Made by a program: the position numbers and the translations under genes. The notes beneath the pieces were generated by a model, which saw only the letters and a list, made by a program, of their open reading frames with translations, was not told the DNA's origin and did not search any database. A stretch of DNA of 39,454 nucleotides from Armatimonadota bacterium. Lineage in GTDB: Bacteria > Armatimonadota > Armatimonadia > Armatimonadales > Armatimonadaceae. The stretch covers positions 1-39,454 of the forward strand of contig JAZKEA010000338.1 of the NCBI GenBank assembly GCA_040387315.1, read 5' to 3'. Below, one piece after another: positions 7,460-13,300 of this stretch; the stretch's first letter is position 1, and every line of letters starts with the position of its first letter.

Positions 7460-7945
7460 ATGCCTCCACCATCGTTACAGTCACCACTGTCACCAGCGCT
7501 GCGGTTAAGTCCGTCAGAGGTACCAGATCCGACATCTCTGCCTTCTGCGTCTTCATGCGTAATCCGTAACCGCCTTCGCGCCGTGCTGCTTCACATTCCC
7601 TGGTACAGCATCGAGGGGCAGGCACGGCTTGCCGCCGACGTCCGCGTGTCGCGCTCGACGATCAGCCGCCTGATCAACGGCAGGATCACCCCGTCCTATT
7701 CGCTGGTGATGAAAGTGACCGACGCGGTATCCCGGCGGCTTGGCAAGCCCATCGACGCTCGCGACCTGTTCACCACTGACGGCTCGTATCCAACTTCGTC
7801 AGCCTGCGCGCTCTGCGACTGCGATGGCTGCCTCCCTCCCTGGGCCTGGGATGAGCGGCGAGACCGTCTGCGGCCCGAGTGGCAGACCGCCCGCCCCGGC
7901 GACTGGTCCCGCTCGCCCGAGAGGGAAGTAGAGGAGAAAACGTAG
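7460..7945 (+). CDS. XRE/Cro-C1-type HTH transcriptional regulator, possibly the controller of the downstream nuclease-methylase cassette
   Basis: The HTH core reads IEGQARLAADVRVSRSTISRLINGRITPSYSLVMKVTDAVSRRLGKPIDARDLF. The N-terminus is Ser/Pro rich (QSPLSPALRLSPS) and the C-terminus is Cys rich (CALCDCDGC). The start is uncertain. Confidence 0.7.
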   Translation: MPPPSLQSPLSPALRLSPSEVPDPTSLPSASSCVIRNRLRAVLLHIPWYSIEGQARLAADVRVSRSTISRLINGRITPSYSLVMKVTDAVSRRLGKPIDARDLFTTDGSYPTSSACALCDCDGCLPPWAWDERRDRLRPEWQTARPGDWSRSPEREVEEKT

Positions 7946-7947
7946 AA

Positions 7948-8067
7948 ATGTCTCCGCCGCCCGATGATGGTTCTCGCACCGACCAGACCAGTTCAGCCAC
8001 AGCAGCCACAGCCTCAACAGCAATAACCACTGGAATCGTCATAAGCGAAGTAACTGAAGCAGTATGA
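7948..8067 (+). CDS. 39-codon leader-like ORF overlapping the nuclease start
   Basis: The ATG at 7948 lies 2 nt after the XRE stop, with GAGGAG at 7931-7936. It ends in ATGA on the nuclease ATG (8064-8067). The product, MSPPPDDGSRTDQTSSATAATASTAITTGIVISEVTEAV, is low complexity, so coding status is unproven. Confidence 0.3.
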   Translation: MSPPPDDGSRTDQTSSATAATASTAITTGIVISEVTEAV

Positions 8068-8879
8068 GCAACATGAGCATGACCCGCAACATCGATACTT
8101 ACAGGGATACCAGGCGCAGGACTCGCCGCGACGGGGCTGAGGCCATCGGACGCGGCTTGCCAGATCCCCTTCCACGGGAGACAGCGGAGACACATTTCGC
8201 GACGCGCCTGCGGTCGCTGGCGTTTGCCGACTTCGCCCGCTGCGTCGCCGAACTCCTGACCGCGCTCGGCTACGAGGACGTCCAGCTTGCCGGGCGGACC
8301 GGCTACAAGGGGCGCAACAAAGACGGCGGCTACGACCTTGCGGCGACCTCGCGCGCGGGGCTGTCGCGTCGGCGCGTGGTCGTGCAGCTCAAGCAGTTCG
8401 GCGTGGGCGAACGCGTCTACCAGCGCAGCGTGGACGAACTTCGGGGCGTCGCCCTTCGTGCGGGCGCGGACGAAGCCATCCTCGTCACGACCGGCATCTT
8501 CTCCAGTATCTTGCAGAACAACGACGCTGCGATCCTCAACCGTGCCTACGCCGTGGCGGAACTCACCGGGCCGACAGTGGCATCGGTTCTGCCAGTTCAC
8601 CTGCTTGACGGCGCGGCGCTCTGCACCCTGCTCCTCCAGAGAGGCATCAGGGTGCCGGAAAAGGCGGACACTGCCGCCGCCTATATCGATAAAGGCGTGG
8701 GCAGAGCCGCGAGCGCCGCCGCTGCCGTCCTCCCGCCCGCCGCAAGATCAGGCATTGACGCAGGCTCTGCTCCCACTCCCGGTTCGTCCCAGGCATCCGT
8801 GACCCTGATCGTCCGGATAAATCCCGGCAATGACAACGCGGCGATGACGGGAAGGACGGGTTTGACGAGCGACCGGTGA
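8064..8879 (+). CDS. Mrr_cat-type PD-(D/E)xK restriction endonuclease-like protein (nuclease module only)
   Basis: FADFARCVAELLTALGYEDVQLAGRTG…DGGYDLAA…RRVVVQLKQF…VDELRGVALRAGADEAILVTTGIFSS…VHLLDGAALCTLLLQRGI parallels the C-terminal catalytic domain of Mrr (D…QxK, then the ITT…F block and the LIDG…L tail). Its stop overlaps the methyltransferase start (GTGA at 8876-8879). Confidence 0.7.
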   Translation: MSNMSMTRNIDTYRDTRRRTRRDGAEAIGRGLPDPLPRETAETHFATRLRSLAFADFARCVAELLTALGYEDVQLAGRTGYKGRNKDGGYDLAATSRAGLSRRRVVVQLKQFGVGERVYQRSVDELRGVALRAGADEAILVTTGIFSSILQNNDAAILNRAYAVAELTGPTVASVLPVHLLDGAALCTLLLQRGIRVPEKADTAAAYIDKGVGRAASAAAAVLPPAARSGIDAGSAPTPGSSQASVTLIVRINPGNDNAAMTGRTGLTSDR

Positions 8880-10039
8880 CAGCGCGGAGAGAGCGGCAAA
8901 ATGCCTCTACTGCGCCGCCGTCATTGCAGGGGCGTTCGCTGCGCTACTTCAGCGCGTTCTCGGGCATCGGCGGATTCGAGCTAGGTATCCGGCAGGCGGC
9001 GCCGCATTGGCAATGCGCTGGGTTCAGCGAGATCGACAAATCTGCTCTGGCTGTCTATAACAGGCACTTTCCCTATCACACCAACTATGGCGACATCATC
9101 CAAATTCATACCGATCACGTTCCGGACTTCGACCTGCTCGTCGGCGGTTTCCCCTGCCAGCCCTTCAGCCAGGCAGGACGCCGGCGCGGCCTCGACGATT
9201 CGCGCGGCGGACCGGTCCTTGCCGCGCTGTTCCGGCTCATCAAGGCGAAGAATCCAGCCCTCCTACTGCTGGAGAACGTTAAGGGACTGCTCAGCCAGGA
9301 TGGAGGGCGCACCTTTCGAAACATCCTCCAGAGGCTCGACACCCTCGGCTACGACACCGAGTGGCAGATCCTCGACAGCCAGATCCACGGCGGCGTTCCC
9401 CAGCGGCGGGAACGCGTCTACCTGTTCGCTCGGCTTCGAAGCAGTTCTGGACGGCCCTGTGGAAGAACAGGAACAGCGGGGAATGACGGACCTGCTCCTT
9501 CGGGAAGTGGAGGCGAAATATTTCCTCTCGCGGGAGTACGCACGGAAGATCAAAGCCTCGCTTCGAGTGCCGCGGGTACATCGGGTACATCGGGTACATC
9601 GGGCGCGACGAGCGGGAGTCACGCCGCACTCTCCCTTCATGCGCGGCGGACGGAGCGAAACAAGGTAGGGGAGAAGCCGGAAACACTAAAGCGCCTGGGT
9701 TTATCGCAGCGGCACTTTTTCACGCTGACGACACGGCCCGATGCCGCTCTCCTCCTCGGCTGCGGCGACTTATCTCGCTTTGAGGAAGGAAAGCATCTGT
9801 CCGAAGTGATCGAACCGAAAACCTTCTATTCACTTCCGATACGCCGCCTGACGCCTTTGGAGTGGGAAAGGCTGCAGGGCTTCCCCGATGGCTGGACCGC
9901 AGGGGCGGGCCTGTCGGATGCCCAGCGGTACCGCTGCCTGGGCAATGCCGTGACTGTCGGTGTGGTACGGACGGTCGTCGCCAGGATACAGGATAGAGTA
10001 TGTAACCGGCGGCAGGGAAAGTTCCCTGTGAAACCGTGA
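8876..10039 (+). CDS. DNA (cytosine-5)-methyltransferase. The ORF is open but carries an internal segment apparently out of its ancestral frame.
   Basis: Motifs seen are FSGIGGFELG (I), GGFPCQPFSQAG (IV), ENVKGLL (VI), QRRERVYLF (VIII), RLTPLEWERLQGFPDGW (IX) and GNAVTVGVV (X). Between VIII and IX the ORF frame is low complexity, while the +1 frame carries the conserved VEAKYFLS block (see findings). Confidence 0.8.
   Translation: MTARRERQNASTAPPSLQGRSLRYFSAFSGIGGFELGIRQAAPHWQCAGFSEIDKSALAVYNRHFPYHTNYGDIIQIHTDHVPDFDLLVGGFPCQPFSQAGRRRGLDDSRGGPVLAALFRLIKAKNPALLLLENVKGLLSQDGGRTFRNILQRLDTLGYDTEWQILDSQIHGGVPQRRERVYLFARLRSSSGRPCGRTGTAGNDGPAPSGSGGEIFPLAGVRTEDQSLASSAAGTSGTSGTSGATSGSHAALSLHARRTERNKVGEKPETLKRLGLSQRHFFTLTTRPDAALLLGCGDLSRFEEGKHLSEVIEPKTFYSLPIRRLTPLEWERLQGFPDGWTAGAGLSDAQRYRCLGNAVTVGVVRTVVARIQDRVCNRRQGKFPVKP
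9574..9603. repeat. Three tandem copies of GGGTACATC (plus a partial copy) inside the methyltransferase gene
   Basis: The direct reading is gggtacatc gggtacatc gggtacatc ggg. It encodes GTSGTSGTSG in the ORF frame. Confidence 0.95.
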
Positions 10040-10062
10040 AGCCACGGTTGAGCCGTCTTTTT
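10032..10062 (+). terminator. Possible weak terminator after the methyltransferase
   Basis: A 7-bp stem, AACCGTG (10032-10038) pairing with CACGGTT (10043-10049), overlaps the stop codon. A T5 run at 10058-10062 lies 8 nt beyond the stem, so the geometry is imperfect. Confidence 0.3.
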
Positions 10063-10085
10063 GTACCGGGTTAACCTTCTGGATC

Positions 10086-11147
10086 ATGCAAATTACTCCC
10101 AACCAGAACATGCTACGTCATTCAGGGCTGAGGGACGCCGCGGACGCTGTCCAACCAGCCGACTCAGGAGCGCCGTTCGTGATCGAGCACGGGCGGCGGA
10201 ACGTGGACCGCGGGGGCTACTTCACGCCAGCCGCCCGATTGGTCGTGACGCCGACTCTCCGCACTTCGGGTCTGCTCGCGGCGCTATCCGACCGGGAGGT
10301 CAAGTCACTGCTTCTGCTGCTGACGTATCTGACGCCCAACGGGAGGATCGAGCCGACGACCGCTCAGATCGCAAGGGCGCTCCACGTGCCGGAGATTGTC
10401 GTCCGCTCCCGGATGGGGCGGCTCACGGCCTTCCGCTGGCGCGGAGAGCGGATCGTCCGTTACCTCGTCCACGAGAACGGACTCGACGGCTACCGCGTCT
10501 CCCACACTATCCTGGCGGAACGATCGGAGTTGGAAGCCGGGGAGGAAGCAGGAACGGGTCCTGCCGTGGTTTCTTCCTCAAGCCGGGACGCGGTGATCGC
10601 CTTCAACCGCGCCGCTTATGCCCGTCCGCGCGAGGAGGTGGAGCGTGACATCGAGCGGCGGCTCGGCTATTTCCGGGATGAGGAGGCAGGAGAAACGGAC
10701 GTTGTGTCTTCCGAGTCACCCGAAGCGAGGGAGGTGCGGCGAAGGCTACAGGCGCTTGGCGTGGCACCGGCACAGGTGGAGCGCCTGCTGGCTGAGCATT
10801 CCCTCCACGAAGTACGGGAGCAGCTCGACTGGCTGCCCCATCGCGCCGCCCGGTCGCCCGCGCGCTACGTGGTTGCCGCCATCGAGGGGCGGTACGAGGC
10901 GCCCGCGCGGGTGAGGCTGGAGCTAGCCATCGCGGAGGAAGAAGGCAAAATGGCGGAAGAAACGGCCGGCAGCCAAGGGAGCAGGGATGGCGTCACGACT
11001 CAGAATGCGGTCAGGGTGCTGCCCGGTCTGCCAAGCCTTTCGGATTTGCCGGAACCGATTTTGCTCTACGATTCGGAGGCGGAAGCCGGTGCAACCGGCG
11101 AAGCCAAAGCCGAAGATGCGGATCACGCGGTGGGAAAAGGTATATGA
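10086..11147 (+). CDS. Winged-helix DNA-binding protein, replication-initiator-like
   Basis: The N-terminal wHTH-like block reads LSDREVKSLLLLLTYLTPNGRIEPTTAQIARALHVPEIVVRSRMGRL. The C-terminal block LGVAPAQVERLLAEHSLHEVREQLDWLPHRAARSPARYVVAAIEGRYEAP resembles the tail seen in many plasmid/phage replication-associated proteins. The stop overlaps the next start (ATGA at 11144-11147). Confidence 0.55.
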   Translation: MQITPNQNMLRHSGLRDAADAVQPADSGAPFVIEHGRRNVDRGGYFTPAARLVVTPTLRTSGLLAALSDREVKSLLLLLTYLTPNGRIEPTTAQIARALHVPEIVVRSRMGRLTAFRWRGERIVRYLVHENGLDGYRVSHTILAERSELEAGEEAGTGPAVVSSSSRDAVIAFNRAAYARPREEVERDIERRLGYFRDEEAGETDVVSSESPEAREVRRRLQALGVAPAQVERLLAEHSLHEVREQLDWLPHRAARSPARYVVAAIEGRYEAPARVRLELAIAEEEGKMAEETAGSQGSRDGVTTQNAVRVLPGLPSLSDLPEPILLYDSEAEAGATGEAKAEDADHAVGKGI

Positions 11148-11830
11148 GGAGCGGTACATGGCGACCGCCCCATCGGAAGCCTCTGCAGGCCCCGCTTCAG
11201 CTTTCCGTAGATTATCCCTTCGTACCGGTCCCGACGGCTTTCTTTAATGTCTTGCCGTCTCTGTCCGGTTCAGAGGCGAAGGTACTGCTCTGCGTCCTCC
11301 GCCAGACGGCCGGATGGCGCACTCGGAGCGGAGAACGCAAGACGTCGGACTGGATCAGCCAGAGCCAGTTCAAGGCGAAGACGGGCCTCGCCAGCGCCGC
11401 GATCAGCCGCGCCATCGACGTACTCGTGCGCCAGGGTCTCCTCGTCGCCGAGGATGGCAGCGGCAACCTGCTCAGCACCGCTGCGGATCGGAGAAGGCTT
11501 CGGGGCAGGGTCTTTTTCGGCGTACCTCCCGGCCCGTTGCCCGCAGGCGTTGTCGGAACTGGCGCTTCGGAAACCGGAATTCGCAAAACGAATAGGACAA
11601 AAGAAAGCTCTCCGACAAAAGAGCTTTCGCATCCACCGATGGGACGAGGACGGGAGAAGAGCGCCACCCCGCGCGCTCCTTCTCCTCGTCTCCCTGGGAA
11701 CGACTGCTCCGGAATGCCAGGGGAGAGTACCGTCACGGAAGACCCGCCCACGAAGGAGCAGGAAGAACGTCTGCTTCGTGCGGCCAAGGACCGGTGTCGA
11801 CGAACCTTGCGAGAAATTCGCAAGGATTGA
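11144..11830 (+). CDS. Phage replication protein O N-terminal-domain-like protein
   Basis: FVPVPTAFFNVLPSLSGSEAKVLLCVLRQTAGWRTRSGERKTSDWISQSQFKAKTGLASAAISRAIDVLVRQGLLV follows the lambda O N-domain pattern (KVLLAILRKTYGW…D.I..SQ…T.L). The C-terminal third is low complexity and may be altered by the adjacent transposase junction. Confidence 0.6.
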   Translation: MRSGTWRPPHRKPLQAPLQLSVDYPFVPVPTAFFNVLPSLSGSEAKVLLCVLRQTAGWRTRSGERKTSDWISQSQFKAKTGLASAAISRAIDVLVRQGLLVAEDGSGNLLSTAADRRRLRGRVFFGVPPGPLPAGVVGTGASETGIRKTNRTKESSPTKELSHPPMGRGREKSATPRAPSPRLPGNDCSGMPGESTVTEDPPTKEQEERLLRAAKDRCRRTLREIRKD

Positions 11831-12505
11831 AGCCAAAACCGACCTTGCCAGAAACACGATCCACCGCTTTGTGCGCCCCGGTAAATTTCCCGAGATTACG
11901 CAACATCCGGCCCGTCACCGAAAGACGACACCGTTTGTGGACCGTATGCGCTTGCGTTGAACAGAAGGTCGCTACAACGCCGTGGAACTGTATCAGGAGA
12001 TTGTCGCCAAAGGGTTCACCGGCAGCCTTGATCTGGTCCAGCGGTTCGTCGGTACCTGGCGCGAGCAACCCCGGGTCGAATCAATGGTCGGCACCCGCCG
12101 CCTCTCGTACCGACGAGCAATAATCTGGCGTTCTTTTTGACAAACCCTACGCACCCCAGATTGACCGTGGACGGTAAGACATTCATGGAGCGGCTTACCC
12201 GGAAGCATACGACGTTTTTGTCTGCGCAGTCGTTTTGTCTGGAGTTCTGCCGTTTGATTCGAGAACGCGATTTGAAGGGCTTTCCCGGTTGGCTGGGAAC
12301 GGCTTCCGGCAGCGAAGTGACCGAACTTCAATGCTTCGACAGCCGCACTGTCTTGTCCTGGTCCAATGGTCAGGTTGAAGGGCAAGTCAACCGCCTCAAG
12401 TTTATCAAGCGGTCCATTTATGGAAGCGCTTCCTTCAATTTGCTTAAAGCGCGGCTCCTGCACCAACCAAGAGATACGAAACAGCTTAACCCGGGGGTCG
12501 CCTGA
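11818..12505 (+). pseudogene. ISL3-like transposase relic: the 3-prime part only, with an in-frame stop and a frameshift
   Basis: The pieces read …ARNTIHRFVRPGKFPE…PFVDRMRLR*TEGRYNAVELYQEIVAKGFTGSLDLVQRFVGTWRE…LSYRRAIIW, then a shift, then FFLTNPTHPRLTVDGKTFMERL…GWLGTASGSEVTELQCF…WSNGQVEGQVNRLKFIKRSIYGSASFNLLKARLL. The TGA at 11958-11960 sits where these transposases have Trp (RW.EG..N). A frameshift lies near 12126-12131. The HTH and DDE parts are absent. Confidence 0.7.
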
Positions 12506-12639
12506 GATCCGACAGCGGGAAACCGGTCACTGCCGGTTCGGGAATGGTCACGACAACTGCCCACCAAATTCACGGGGGATCTCAATCTACCTTCTACCTT
12601 CGGTTTGACATGGCAGGGATCGAATACACATAATTACCT

Positions 12640-13002
12640 TTAGACCCTATCCTCACGACGCAACGAAGATTTCACGTCCACACGGGTTACTTTATCTAGG
12701 GTGAAATCGAAAAGTCCCCAATCGGCCTTATACAGTGAAACAATGCCTTCGATATAACAGTATTTTTTGTTCTTCTCACGAACGAATTTATCGTCTATTC
12801 TCAGAGAGCGGTCTAGCATGAAGTTAACCTTAGTATCTAGACCATATTTATAATCGATATGCGTGGGATAAATCGCACTAGACTCTTCGACATATTTGGA
12901 GACGACGAAAAAAGCGGTGATGAGCACCTTTTTTCCGACGAACTCTTTCTTTCGAGCAAAGAGTTCGTAAAGAGTAATCGAGATAGGGGTGTCGTTTGCC
13001 AT
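12640..13002 (-). CDS. Putative immunity protein for the upstream RHS toxin
   Basis: A 120-aa (ATG 13002) to 130-aa (GTG 13032) ORF on the same strand, immediately downstream of the RHS toxin gene. It is visibly AT-rich compared with the RHS repeat region. No family was recognised; the call rests on position. Confidence 0.5.
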   Translation of the reverse strand: MANDTPISITLYELFARKKEFVGKKVLITAFFVVSKYVEESSAIYPTHIDYKYGLDTKVNFMLDRSLRIDDKFVREKNKKYCYIEGIVSLYKADWGLFDFTLDKVTRVDVKSSLRREDRV

Positions 13003-13170
13003 AGTAGATGCCTTTACAGTTATTGGTGTCACTCAAGACAAATCCCTAAGGATACGCCGAGACGATTTGCGGAGTCTTAGGTATCACCTGCAGAGAGTTC
13101 GCAGTCAGCTTTCCCAAACGATTCATGCCAGAGTTCGCCTTACACAGCAGTTACTTCTCTATAATTCTGC

Positions 13171-13203
13171 GATCCCAGCAGAGATTAATTCTCTGCTGGG
13201 ATC
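13171..13203. other. Perfect 13-bp hairpin between the RHS toxin and its putative immunity gene
   Basis: GATCCCAGCAGAG (13171-13183) pairs with CTCTGCTGGGATC (13191-13203) around the 7-nt loop ATTAATT. There is no flanking T-run on either strand. Confidence 0.6.
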
Positions 13204-13300
13204 AGCATACGGATGCTAAAGGTATAAAAGACTGAGGAGCGGTGTTTCTAGCCTCTTAGATTGTCGATATGATTTTCCCTGAATCCATGCCTTATGACTT

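Larger units (their letters stand above)
1..12575. mobile_element. GC-rich plasmid/ICE/phage-plasmid-like accessory segment. It is partial: the left boundary is outside the window and the right side ends in a decayed transposase.
   Basis: A contiguous run of genes typical of mobile DNA: DUF932, a ParB-like fusion, an XRE regulator, a nuclease plus C5-methyltransferase, two winged-helix replication-type proteins and a transposase relic. GC is visibly higher than in everything right of ~12.6 kb. No integrase, att site or conjugation gene was seen, so the element type and ends are inferred. Confidence 0.4.

Noticed and set aside
7770-8600. 276-aa minus-strand ORF
   Set aside because: It is antisense to the XRE and Mrr_cat genes, which carry clear motifs. 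No motif appears in the minus frame.
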